Of a DNA stretch of 64,000 nt, positions 47,172 through 56,866 are shown one piece after another (the stretch's first letter is position 1; each line of letters begins with the position of its first letter). A program made the translations under genes and the position numbers. Under the pieces are notes generated by a model, which worked only from the letters and a program-made list of their open reading frames with translations, was not told the DNA's origin and searched no databases. The stretch is from Candidatus Moranbacteria bacterium GW2011_GWC2_40_12 (lineage in GTDB: Bacteria; Patescibacteriota; Minisyncoccia; Moranbacterales; UBA11712), in contig LBYD01000002.1 in the NCBI GenBank assembly GCA_000995965.1, positions 135,889-199,888 on the forward strand, read 5' to 3'.

Positions 47172-49016
47172 TCATTCCGCTTTTTCCACTGCTTCCTCTT
47201 TTCTTCTCAAAATCTGCTCGGGGTTTGTTGTCACCAGCTGGTCTTCCGAATAGGAAGCTACAATCTGGATGGCCACGTGTTTCGTGCCGGCGAAAAATAT
47301 TCCTTCCCCCACGCCGCACTCGAGCAGCATAAACTTTTCCTGGTCAGTAAGATAAAAAGTGTCGCCGATCACGTCAATCGCTGCCGGAGACTGCTTGAGG
47401 AGAAGCTGAATTGAGGAATTGGTGACGATCGGCTTGCCGTAGCGCGAGGCTAAAAAGTCAGAAATGTCCTGAGTGATGGTCGTAAGGCCGGCAAAATATT
47501 TCCGGCAGCGCTTGGCGATGGAAAACATGAAAGATCCAGCGTCCTCATGCTGCATCATCACCCAGGCCTCGTCAACGACAATCATCCGTTTTTTGAGCTT
47601 TGAGCGGATTTCATTCCAGATGAAATCCAATACGACATACATTGCCACCGGCCGCAGCTCTTCTTCCATGTCGCGGATATTGAAGACAACCATTTGGTTA
47701 TCGAGACTGACGTTGCTTTGGTTGTTGAGAAAGCCGGAAAAAATTCCTTGGGTGTATTTTTCAAGGCGCGTGGCGAGATCCTCCCCTCCTTCCATGTTCC
47801 GAAGCACATCGTATAAGTCGGACATTGTTGGAATTTGTTCTTTCGGGAATATCCTAAGTTTGCTTTCCAAAGTGATGTCTTTTATGGCATAAGTCTCGCT
47901 GATGGCCCGGTCAAGTATAGAATCCTCTTCCGGCGTTATATTCCCGAGCATGATGTGGAGCAAGCCGAGGAGGCTCGCGATGTTGCTTCGGAGTATATCG
48001 TTCAAATCCTCGTTCTCTCCAATGTCAGGGAGATCAAAAGGATTGAGGTGATAGTTGGAAGTCAAGGAAATGTTTATGAAGCTTCCTCCGATAGCCTCAC
48101 AAAGAAATTGGTATTCATTTTCCGGATCGATGACAATAACATCCGTTCCGAACATAAGGGAGCGGAGAATCTCGAGCTTCACGGCATAACTTTTTCCCGC
48201 GCCTGACTTGGCGAAAATGACCATATTGGCGTTTTCCATTTCAAACCGGTCGAAAAGGACCAAGCTGTTGTTGTGCCGGTTGATTCCATAGAGAATGCCG
48301 CTTGAAGAAGAGAGGTCTGAGGAGACGAAAGGGAAAGTGGTCGAAAGCGGCTGGCTGTTCATGTTGTTCGAAACGTTCAGCTCGTCATTGGCCAGCGGCA
48401 ATGTGGAGGAAAAGCCCTGCTCGGAACGGAAAACGGCTTCTTTGACATAAGTCAGCCTGGACTCCAGGAGGGACTCGATGAACTGGGCGGATTTTTCCGC
48501 CTCAAGCTTGCTTTTCCCGTATATTGTGATATATAGACCGAATCGGAAAAAGCGCTCGGTTCCCTGCTGAAGCTGGTCGCGAAGCTGTTCGATGTCCTGA
48601 AGAGCGGTTTCGAGGGCCGGATCACGGACCTTTCCGGCTTCGGCTTCGAGATGAATTTCCGATTCGACTTGGGTGATCCGGCGCCGCAGGCTCTTCATCA
48701 CGGTGACACTTTCCACCGGATAAATGGACATGGAGATATCCATCGGGATATCGAGGTTGATGATCGGAGAAAACCAGGCCGTGTGGAGAAATCTCGGATA
48801 AGTGGTGACGAAAATTGTTTTAGCGAATGTCTCGCCAACTTGGATGAAATTTGAGCCAATATCAAGTGCCGACGGGGCGATAAGATCGGTGATGGTGGCA
48901 AGCCCTTCGCGGAATATTTTTTCCACGTCGGATCCCTCAACGAAGAGTTCCGCGGGTTTCTTTTTTTCTTCCTTTATATTTTTGAGAAAATCTAGCATGA
49001 AAAATTGAAAATGCAA
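47172..49016 (-). CDS. virB4: VirB4/TraE-like type IV secretion ATPase
   Basis: 614 aa with Walker A FAKSGAGKSYAV and Walker B MIVVDEAW; length and layout fit the VirB4 family. Confidence 0.8.
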   Translation of the reverse strand: MHFQFFMLDFLKNIKEEKKKPAELFVEGSDVEKIFREGLATITDLIAPSALDIGSNFIQVGETFAKTIFVTTYPRFLHTAWFSPIINLDIPMDISMSIYPVESVTVMKSLRRRITQVESEIHLEAEAGKVRDPALETALQDIEQLRDQLQQGTERFFRFGLYITIYGKSKLEAEKSAQFIESLLESRLTYVKEAVFRSEQGFSSTLPLANDELNVSNNMNSQPLSTTFPFVSSDLSSSSGILYGINRHNNSLVLFDRFEMENANMVIFAKSGAGKSYAVKLEILRSLMFGTDVIVIDPENEYQFLCEAIGGSFINISLTSNYHLNPFDLPDIGENEDLNDILRSNIASLLGLLHIMLGNITPEEDSILDRAISETYAIKDITLESKLRIFPKEQIPTMSDLYDVLRNMEGGEDLATRLEKYTQGIFSGFLNNQSNVSLDNQMVVFNIRDMEEELRPVAMYVVLDFIWNEIRSKLKKRMIVVDEAWVMMQHEDAGSFMFSIAKRCRKYFAGLTTITQDISDFLASRYGKPIVTNSSIQLLLKQSPAAIDVIGDTFYLTDQEKFMLLECGVGEGIFFAGTKHVAIQIVASYSEDQLVTTNPEQILRRKEEAVEKAE

Positions 49017-49143
49017 ATGTCAAAAATCAAAATGACAATTAAAAATGTAAAATTAATTTTAGCGTCCGTTAAGGAAAATTTATAATTTAATGTATATTTT
49101 AATTTCGTATTGTCATTTTCCATTTTGATTTTTTAATTTTGAA
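49017..49143. repeat. AT-rich palindromic 'caaaatg' intergenic element
   Basis: tcaaaaatcaaaatgacaat ... attgtcattttccattttgatttttt inverted arms flanking a ~70 nt AT-rich core. Confidence 0.55.
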
Positions 49144-49866
49144 TTAAATGCGGTTTATCTCCAATTTCTCCGCTTCTATTTTTTCCGCTGACTCGGTCAC
49201 TTTCGGATTATAAGCGTTGTAGAAAAGCTCGACTAGCTCTTCCGTCTCAAGCGGAGCGATTTTTATTCCGGTTCCGGAAAGTCCGGCGACAATGTGGTCC
49301 ACTCTCTGCCAAAGCTGGCTCCTATAATTCTCAAACTCCATTTCTCGTTCGATTTTGGCTTGCTTTGGATTAAGGGCTATTTTCAGCTTTTCCAAAAAAC
49401 CGTCTTTTTTTCCTTCTGTCAGGGCGAAGGGAACGACAATATAGAAATTTTTGGCCATAATATTCGAGGTGTTGACCAGGTTTTTGATAAAAGCGTGATA
49501 CTCGCTGATTTGGAAACGGAGCAGGTCATTGGGCTGGGTATGCTCTTTCTCCGAGAGCAGTTCGAGATAGGGATTGATATCCAGCTTCCGGGTGCTGATG
49601 AGTATCTGAAGCGGAAAATCGAGAGAATTCAAGAAGCCCTGGTAGGCGGCGACAATCGCCTCCTGCTCCTGCGTGGCTTTCAGGTCAAAATTTATGGAAG
49701 ATACCATCAAGACCGCTCGGAGCGAATTATTCTTGAGAATAACCACTCCGTCTTTGATTTCAGAAATATCAACAAAATCCTGGGTTGATTTCCCGAGAGC
49801 ATCGTTTTTGGTTAAATTTTTGGAATGTAAGCTTTCCATGATAGAAATGTAAAATGTAAATCTCAA
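49144..49866 (-). CDS. hypothetical protein (T4SS-locus associated)
   Basis: 240 aa with no recognisable motif; sits between the virB4-like and prgI-like genes. Confidence 0.4.
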   Translation of the reverse strand: MRFTFYISIMESLHSKNLTKNDALGKSTQDFVDISEIKDGVVILKNNSLRAVLMVSSINFDLKATQEQEAIVAAYQGFLNSLDFPLQILISTRKLDINPYLELLSEKEHTQPNDLLRFQISEYHAFIKNLVNTSNIMAKNFYIVVPFALTEGKKDGFLEKLKIALNPKQAKIEREMEFENYRSQLWQRVDHIVAGLSGTGIKIAPLETEELVELFYNAYNPKVTESAEKIEAEKLEINRI

Positions 49867-49896
49867 AATGGAAAATGATAGTGTAAATTGTCAAAA

Positions 49897-50265
49897 TCAT
49901 TTTTCCTTTAGCGTTATAATGCCCTTAGCTATAATATTTGATATTTCAATTAATTCTTGCAGAAGCCACTCTAGTTCTTTTCGGTCGCCTTTTTCAGTGT
50001 CCCGAAGCAGTGTCAACCAAACTTTTGATTCATTCGAAGATTTCAGAGAATGGGTGAAAAAATTAATGAAATCTTTTTTAGAACTCGCCGAGTTTGCTTC
50101 AATATAGTTCGCTAAAATACTTGTCCCGCTTCTCAGAAGCTGTTTTCCCATGACGCCGCATACAGAATCTTTTGGCAGCTTATCTATGAATTTAATAAGT
50201 CTCAAAACCCAATTATATAATCTCTTTTTGAATTCATTTTTAAACTTTGCCTTGTCATTTTGCAT
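49897..50265 (-). CDS. four-helix-bundle protein (23S rRNA intervening-sequence protein family)
   Basis: 122 aa with LRSGTSILANYIEA and KDFINFFTHSLKSSNESKVWL; flanked by AT-rich caaaatg elements. Confidence 0.65.
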   Translation of the reverse strand: MQNDKAKFKNEFKKRLYNWVLRLIKFIDKLPKDSVCGVMGKQLLRSGTSILANYIEANSASSKKDFINFFTHSLKSSNESKVWLTLLRDTEKGDRKELEWLLQELIEISNIIAKGIITLKEK

Positions 50266-50282
50266 TTTTATTTTTCAATTTT

Positions 50283-50699
50283 TCATTTCTTCGTGTCCAG
50301 CACCCACGCGATCCTTTTCAGTTGGCTTTGGCTGGGGATGCGTTTTATCTGCGCCGCGGGAGCGGCCTGTTTTTTCCTGGCCTCGTGGAGAGATTTGGAA
50401 AAGGTCGATTCTTTCGCGTTATACATTCTTCTCCAGACATATTTTTTTGGGCTGGCGAAATACTGGACCATGTATCCGAAAAAAGATAAAAAAGTAATCC
50501 CTTGCGGCCGGTAAAAAGTAAAAGTCCCAAAAATAATAATTACGAAAATGGCAGCGAAAAGGAAAACTTTGCGATCGACGAGGCTATAGAGAATGATGAG
50601 GCAACCAGCCATTCCGCCCATCCACAAAAGCTGCTTCGAGGTGAGCCCGAAAGCAATTTTGTCTTCAATGTCTATGAATTGGGGGACATTTACATGCAT
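50283..50699 (-). CDS. PrgI-like (VirB3 analogue) small membrane protein
   Basis: VPQFIDIEDKIAFGLTSKQLLWMGG plus two TM helices, placed ahead of virB4. Confidence 0.5.
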   Translation of the reverse strand: MHVNVPQFIDIEDKIAFGLTSKQLLWMGGMAGCLIILYSLVDRKVFLFAAIFVIIIFGTFTFYRPQGITFLSFFGYMVQYFASPKKYVWRRMYNAKESTFSKSLHEARKKQAAPAAQIKRIPSQSQLKRIAWVLDTKK

Positions 50700-50705
50700 A
50701 ATATT

Positions 50706-50810
50706 GACTCACGAATGAAGAGCGAATTAGAAACGAATTAGAGCGAATATTTTTCCATGCTAGCAAGTTCGTTCACATTCGCTTTCCATTCGTTCTTTAA
50801 TTCGCGAGTT
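50706..50810. repeat. attcgc-family palindromic repeat element
   Basis: gactcacgaatgaagagcgaattagaaacgaattagagcgaat...attcgctttccattcgttctttaattcgcgagtt. Confidence 0.65.
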
Positions 50811-50813
50811 ATT

Positions 50814-52271
50814 TTATTCATCTCCGCTCAAATCAACGATATTCCCCTCAACCCTTGGTTCCGGCTTTTCTTCCCTTTGAGGTCCATAATGGGGATAAAA
50901 GATATTTTTTGGACGGCTGGGAGCGTAGGGCTTTAGAGGCTCGGTAGGAGCTAAAGCTTGATTTTGAGGAACCCCGACGTTACGTCGGGGGGGAGAAGTC
51001 GAACCTTGATTAGCAGGTTGAACCTTGGACGATACAGGAGGAACCGAACCTTGATTATCCCTTGAAATCCCCTCCGAAAATCCCTTGAGTTTCACGGGCG
51101 CTTCGCCAGCCACTTCGTGGCTTTCCGGCGCCGGAAAGGGATTTACAAACTGTATCGCTTTGCGAGAATTGGGAATATTTTTTTGAATTGGCCGGGGCAA
51201 AGTTGGCGGTTTTGCTGGAGCAGCGGACCTGTCCGCCGCATTTCCCGCAGGGCGGGATACGGGTGGATAAGGCCTGATGAAGCTGTTTTCAACTGGTTTA
51301 AGGGGAGATGTTGGCCTTGGCACAACTTTCGGGTATGCCCTAATGAATGATTCTTGCGCATGACTTTGGCTTGGGATCGAAGTTCTGCGTTCTGCGTTCT
51401 GCGTTCCTAGATTCTCAAACACCACCTCATTGTTCTCCGTGTCAATCGGAAGCGGCGTGTTTTCGTCAAAGGACTTCAGTATTATACCCAATTTATCCCG
51501 TTCTGACGAGGACAAGTTCTTCGCGTTTTCCGACCGGAAAAGATAATTTGTCCTTTGTATTGAATCGTGAGCCCCTTGCCCGAGAATGGAAGTATAATCA
51601 TAAAGCCAGTTTTTGATCGAAGGCCGGACGGGACGGTCGAAACTTTTGATTTTCAACGGCGACGAGGTAATTCCCTGCTCGCCGATTTTGGGATATTGCT
51701 GGATAGCTTGTTTGATTGTGTATTTTTCCAACTTTTTCGTAGAGGTGGCAGCTTTTTTTCCGAGTGCCGGAAGCATTTCTGCTTTTATTTCTTGCAATGA
51801 TTGGGAAAGATACATCGGAAATTTCATGATATATTCAACTGCTGTGTCATCCAAGTCCACAATCGGTTCGATCAGGAAATAGTCGTAAAGGCGGAAAATC
51901 CGCATAAGCCTGATTTGATCTTTTTCGTTCAATCTTTGAATCTCCGGATTGTTCATTGAATATTCAAGAAAAGTATTTGGCTCCCGGGGAGTCCTCCGTT
52001 GCTTGTCCAGGTATCTCTTGAGCCAAACGTTCACCGGCATTCCTCCAATGTTTTGAGTATTTTTCTTCAAATAGAAATTCAGAAGCCTGATCAAAGATTC
52101 TCTCGCGGAATAATCAACACTGATGAATTTATTCATAACTTCCCACTCCAAATATGTCGGGTCTTCGACTTCAAGAGTCTCCAAAAGATGTCCTTGAAGC
52201 AACAGGCCGCACTCCTGATCGGAAAGTCTCGAAAAATTAGCTAAAGTTTTTTCCATCTTTTCATTGGGCAT
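50814..52271 (-). CDS. hypothetical protein with proline-rich low-complexity C-terminal half
   Basis: 485 aa. C-terminus PRPTSPLKPV..PPVSRPAGN..APAKPPTLPRP. Contains a tgcgttc x3 repeat at 51386-51406. Confidence 0.45.
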   Translation of the reverse strand: MPNEKMEKTLANFSRLSDQECGLLLQGHLLETLEVEDPTYLEWEVMNKFISVDYSARESLIRLLNFYLKKNTQNIGGMPVNVWLKRYLDKQRRTPREPNTFLEYSMNNPEIQRLNEKDQIRLMRIFRLYDYFLIEPIVDLDDTAVEYIMKFPMYLSQSLQEIKAEMLPALGKKAATSTKKLEKYTIKQAIQQYPKIGEQGITSSPLKIKSFDRPVRPSIKNWLYDYTSILGQGAHDSIQRTNYLFRSENAKNLSSSERDKLGIILKSFDENTPLPIDTENNEVVFENLGTQNAERRTSIPSQSHAQESFIRAYPKVVPRPTSPLKPVENSFIRPYPPVSRPAGNAADRSAAPAKPPTLPRPIQKNIPNSRKAIQFVNPFPAPESHEVAGEAPVKLKGFSEGISRDNQGSVPPVSSKVQPANQGSTSPPRRNVGVPQNQALAPTEPLKPYAPSRPKNIFYPHYGPQREEKPEPRVEGNIVDLSGDE

Positions 52272-52297
52272 TTATTCTGGCTTCAACAATAAAATAT

Positions 52298-54457
52298 TTA
52301 ATAATCCATATCATATTCATCCTTGAGTTCTCGATTGCCTTTCCCCTGCCCTTTGCCGCCAGCTTTAGTTTGTTTTTCCTTGTAGACATCAGTAATGAGA
52401 CTCACAAAATGTTCTCTCCCCTGCCCTCTCAAAATTTCAGCGGCATCCATGTTCTTAGTGGGGAAATCAGGTCGGCAACGATTCAGATGCAAGCCATTTG
52501 CATTTTCAATCACATCCATTACTTTTGGTCCGACTAAGCCATTCATGTTTACGGGATTACCTTTCGCGTCAACTTCCAAAGTCGCTTCGGGGTGAATGTT
52601 TATCATCAGGTGCTGTATATTGGCGTTCTTGAGTTTTCCTGCAACATCCTCTGCTTGTTCCCATTCCTCTGTCAATCTCAATGTGCCATCGGCATTTCTT
52701 CTTGTCATTCCATATAAATGATAATCTCCTTTCCCCCAAGCTTGGTCGCTGAATTTTTCCATCTCTTCAAGAGCTGCTTGTTCGTCCATTCCGCTGTTTA
52801 TGAAAAGATCATACATGGCCTTTTTCGCGTTTTCTGAAGACATATGTATGCCAAGCCCCTGTTTAAGCCATTCGTTCCAGTTTCTTCCGTCCTCTAGGAT
52901 TTGAGAATAGGCAACAAGCATTTCTTGGGATTCGCTGTCAGTTCTGCCTTGCAGAGCTTTGATGCCTGCGACGCAAATCTTGTCCGTAGTGCCCATAACT
53001 TCCAATTCTTTTTTACGTCTTGCGATATTTTCCGCGCGCCTCTTCTTTGGATAATAACCAGCCGGCTTCTGGCCTTTTTTGAAGGTTTGACTCAATGTTT
53101 CTTGTGCATCCGCTTGCGCGTCTCCGTATATTTTTTCGTCAATTTCTTTTTTCCTGGTGTCCCAAGCTTGTTTCAAGGCTTTTGGACTAAGAGGTATCTT
53201 CTTCCCTCCGATTGTGATCGATTTCTGCGCCAATTTTCTGTCAGCTGCTTCCCAACCCTTCTTCGCCCCCCATTTCGTTCCCTTCCAGCCTTTTTGCGGG
53301 AAGAATGACATAGCCTTGTTTGCCCGGCTGGTGATGGCGCCGGCGAAAGCAACGCCAAATTTTTGGGAAATGATGAGGCCGGCATAGAGGAAAACAAGGA
53401 CGACGAAATAAGGAACGATAGACACCACAACAAAAGCAAACACGGGATCTGCATTGCTGGATCTTTGGGCTTCCAGTGTCTTGAAAAGGGATGAATCTAG
53501 CAAAAATGTGGAAAGCCAGAGAAAGAAAGCAATGGCCGGGCCGACATAGGAATATTTGAAAAGGGCGTCCCACCAGTCGGAGGACATTTTTTTGAAATCA
53601 GGAATGGCGTTGAACAAGAAAGCGAAAGGAGAGACGATTATCAAGAGCCACAAGGCGATGATACGAATGAGGAGATAGATGGCCATTACAAAAAGAGCGG
53701 TTCCAAACATAAACAAAAAAACAATCGTAAAGAGATATTTCACGGCCAGAGAAAGCCAGCCTTGTCCGTATGAAATAGTGAGCTGCTCGTTGCTCCAGAT
53801 CGTTTTCGCAATCTTTGAAGTATTGGCAATCGTGGTTGCATATGAAGAGCCTCCGCCTGACAGTTTGTTCAGAAAAAAATTCATGAGAAGCTGGGAGCCG
53901 TCGAAAATGAAGATGGCGATGGGCTTGGAAAAATTGACGAGAAGGGCCATCAGGATGAAGGTGAGAAGGATTTTCTTGGCATGATATCTTTCAATTTGGA
54001 GAATAGTGCAAAAAGCGATGAAGAGAAGGATGAGGAGAAAAAAAAGATTGCAGACGTCCCGCACGGCTATCCAACCGGTAGTGATCATTGATTCTCCCGT
54101 GAAATTATACAGGCTGGGGCTGAGCATCGACTCCAAAAAATAGGCGGCAATATTAACGAACAAATAGCAAAAAGACGCGATAATCCATAATACGGCGATA
54201 ATTGGGGCAAAAAAAGCAGTTCCAAGGAAATTCGCAACTTTTTCCCATACCCTTTTTTCTATGTTGGATAACGGGGTGTTGACTTGTGGATCCAGGTCTG
54301 TTCCTTGCGCCAGGCACAATTTTGAAAAGGAAAAAAACATCGTTGAGACTACGATGACAAAGAATAGGAGAAATAATATATTTTTAGAAGTCAGAATGTT
54401 AGCAAATTTTTTTTTGATGATTTTTGACATCAACTGTATATTTCTATTATTCTTCAT
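52298..54457 (-). CDS. VirB6/TrbL-like polytopic membrane protein with Lys-rich cytoplasmic tail
   Basis: 719 aa: signal peptide, about seven TM segments over ~380 aa, then a charged tail; sits in the T4SS-like locus. Confidence 0.4.
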   Translation of the reverse strand: MKNNRNIQLMSKIIKKKFANILTSKNILFLLFFVIVVSTMFFSFSKLCLAQGTDLDPQVNTPLSNIEKRVWEKVANFLGTAFFAPIIAVLWIIASFCYLFVNIAAYFLESMLSPSLYNFTGESMITTGWIAVRDVCNLFFLLILLFIAFCTILQIERYHAKKILLTFILMALLVNFSKPIAIFIFDGSQLLMNFFLNKLSGGGSSYATTIANTSKIAKTIWSNEQLTISYGQGWLSLAVKYLFTIVFLFMFGTALFVMAIYLLIRIIALWLLIIVSPFAFLFNAIPDFKKMSSDWWDALFKYSYVGPAIAFFLWLSTFLLDSSLFKTLEAQRSSNADPVFAFVVVSIVPYFVVLVFLYAGLIISQKFGVAFAGAITSRANKAMSFFPQKGWKGTKWGAKKGWEAADRKLAQKSITIGGKKIPLSPKALKQAWDTRKKEIDEKIYGDAQADAQETLSQTFKKGQKPAGYYPKKRRAENIARRKKELEVMGTTDKICVAGIKALQGRTDSESQEMLVAYSQILEDGRNWNEWLKQGLGIHMSSENAKKAMYDLFINSGMDEQAALEEMEKFSDQAWGKGDYHLYGMTRRNADGTLRLTEEWEQAEDVAGKLKNANIQHLMINIHPEATLEVDAKGNPVNMNGLVGPKVMDVIENANGLHLNRCRPDFPTKNMDAAEILRGQGREHFVSLITDVYKEKQTKAGGKGQGKGNRELKDEYDMDY

Positions 54458-55466
54458 TGAAATAAATGGACTCCCTCATTCCCGATTGGATGTCGCTTTG
54501 GGTCTGGTTGATGCTCGTTCCGACTTTGTTTCGGACATCCGTGATGGATTTGTCAATCGGATCGGTCACTTGGCGGATGCCGTTGCTGATGAGGTTGGTG
54601 AGGGTCTGGGCCACCATGTTGGCGACCACTTCGGGGATAGATCGGGCAAATTCAGTCATTTTCACGCCCATGAGAGAAATTTCTGACGTGATATCTTTCA
54701 TAATCGAACCGGGGAGAGAAGTAAGCCCGTCTTCGGAAACCGATGCGGAGTCTTCCCCTTCCGTTCCGTATCCCCCTGGGCCGTATTTTCCGGCGGCATA
54801 TGAGGAGCTTGAAGATTTTTTCTCTGTTCCGGTGAATCCTTCAAAGGCGATGGCCTTTGTCTCACGAATCTTTTCTTGCGATTCACGGGAAATTTTATCC
54901 AGGGCGGCCGCTCGAAGGAAAAAAGAAGCTTCGGCATTCTGGGGAGCGAAGGCCATTCGGCCAGCCTGCCAGGAACTGGTTGATTTTGTTGGGTCAAATA
55001 TGAAGGCTGCTTTTCCTTCGCTGACATAATTCTGAAGGTCGGATTTTTGTGTTATGGCATCGGCACCCATTGCTTTTTCCGCGTTGTTCACCACCCTCTC
55101 CATTCCTGAGCTGATGCCGCTTCGCATGCCGTTGAAAAAAGTATTGACGGTGTTATCGGCTGTTCTTTGCGCCGAGCCGAATATATAATCCTGCCAGTCG
55201 GTGATGAATCCCGATGAGCCGCCGATGCAATAGGCGCCGCAGGATCCGGTGAGAAGCACTTGGAGCCTTCCCTGGATGACGCGGATAGCCATGATTTTGA
55301 GATTAGCGACCATTGTTTTCTCAATCGTGTCGAGCATATTGGTGAGATTCACTCCTTCGATGGCGGCGGCCAAATTTGTCCCCCAGGCCTCAGCCGAAGC
55401 TCGCTTTGGCGCGAATAAGAAAAGAGTTGAAATAATTAGCAATGTAACAAGGGCTTTCTTTGGCAT
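54447..55466 (-). CDS. secreted hypothetical protein
   Basis: Signal peptide MPKKALVTLLIISTLFLFAPKRASA. Confidence 0.4.
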   Translation of the reverse strand: MPKKALVTLLIISTLFLFAPKRASAEAWGTNLAAAIEGVNLTNMLDTIEKTMVANLKIMAIRVIQGRLQVLLTGSCGAYCIGGSSGFITDWQDYIFGSAQRTADNTVNTFFNGMRSGISSGMERVVNNAEKAMGADAITQKSDLQNYVSEGKAAFIFDPTKSTSSWQAGRMAFAPQNAEASFFLRAAALDKISRESQEKIRETKAIAFEGFTGTEKKSSSSSYAAGKYGPGGYGTEGEDSASVSEDGLTSLPGSIMKDITSEISLMGVKMTEFARSIPEVVANMVAQTLTNLISNGIRQVTDPIDKSITDVRNKVGTSINQTQSDIQSGMRESIYFNEE

Positions 55467-55505
55467 TTTTTTATTTTAGTTTATAAATGGCCTAAAACAA
55501 TTCTC

Positions 55506-56612
55506 CTAGGGGAAATTTATAAGGCTGATTCCATACTGTTCGGCGACTGATTGCATCTCCTGGCCGAGTTTCATGGCCGCATCCCCCACCGCTCGGATTG
55601 AACTGAAAGCAGCCAGGCTTTTCAAGGGGTCATTGGGATCAACAACAGCCTTGTCTTTGAGGTCGAGAGTATATATCGCGAGTTGCAATGCCGACTTGTG
55701 AAGGTCTTCGAGGACATAAGGCACCTCAATTTTTTTGATTTGATCGATTCCGGCGCGGGCTTTTTGGGCGTATTCGTCCACTTTGGCCTTGTTACCGCTG
55801 GTGAGGGCCGTGAGCAAATTTCCCTGCTCTTTTTCAAGACTCGAGACGAGATTTTCCGGCTCATCAATTGAAAAAGGAGAGTTTGAGGCAAAGACAAAAG
55901 CCAGAGACACCAGGTATTTTTCAATTTCTTTTTTCTGCTCCTCCTTCACTTCCTCGGGCTCGAGCCCCTTTTCATCAACGGGCGGCAGAAGCTTGATTTC
56001 ATCTTCCCGAATGGCAGGCAGTTCTTTGGTGATATCAGTAGATCGAAGGGCGTTTTGGGCGACCAATGAAAGGTCATCGGCAGAAAAATTCGGGTTGCTG
56101 GCAAAATCTTCGGAACTCCCGGCTTTGTCTTTGGTCAGGCTCATCAGCTGCCCGATCATCTCATTGGTCAGATTCGGATTTTCAGGGTCAGAGGACAAAT
56201 CGCCCAAAGTGTCATTGGTCAGATTCTGGCTGTTGAGGTCCACAAGGCTGGTTGAGCCGGAAATATTTCTGGGGTCGGAAGCCGTTGACGCCGCAGCTGG
56301 ATTTTGGGTAGCGGCAAGGTCGGCTCCAGCCACGATCTGGTCTCCCGGCGCGGCCTTCAGGGGATTATAGCCGCTTGCCACTTCTTTTCCGTCGGAATAT
56401 CCGTCTTTGTCACTGTCCGCTTTCAGGGGGTCGGTGCCGATCATTCTTTCCTCCTGGTCTGTCAGTCCATCCTGGTCGGAGTCGAGAAAAAGAGAATTTG
56501 CGTTCTTGTTTTCGGCGACGGCAAAAAGCGTCCAGAAAAACACGGTGAAAGTGGCGATTCCCGTTCCGATGATTTTTATCTTATTCACTTTTTTTGCTTC
56601 GCTTGAAAGCAT
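55506..56612 (-). CDS. membrane-anchored protein with Ca-binding TSP3/dockerin-like D-x-D repeats
   Basis: N-terminal TM plus DSDQDGLTDQEE...DSDKDGYSDGKE. Confidence 0.45.
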   Translation of the reverse strand: MLSSEAKKVNKIKIIGTGIATFTVFFWTLFAVAENKNANSLFLDSDQDGLTDQEERMIGTDPLKADSDKDGYSDGKEVASGYNPLKAAPGDQIVAGADLAATQNPAAASTASDPRNISGSTSLVDLNSQNLTNDTLGDLSSDPENPNLTNEMIGQLMSLTKDKAGSSEDFASNPNFSADDLSLVAQNALRSTDITKELPAIREDEIKLLPPVDEKGLEPEEVKEEQKKEIEKYLVSLAFVFASNSPFSIDEPENLVSSLEKEQGNLLTALTSGNKAKVDEYAQKARAGIDQIKKIEVPYVLEDLHKSALQLAIYTLDLKDKAVVDPNDPLKSLAAFSSIRAVGDAAMKLGQEMQSVAEQYGISLINFP

Positions 56613-56866
56613 GTTTTTGTTTTGGTTAATTTCTTTTTATGTCCCTGGCAAAATTCCCCCGCTAATCTTTTCCCATGAGGAAATGCTAACGGGTTTGATA
56701 TGGAAAAATTATACCATATTTTTTTATTGTCAACAAAGGAAAATATTGATAAATGGCAATCTCTATGCTAGTTTGTGGATAAGTCAGAAAGAAACGTCAA
56801 AAAAAGAATAGAAAATATGCTGAACAAAAGCTAAAATTTCAATGTTTTTGCCTTTTTGCTGCTATT

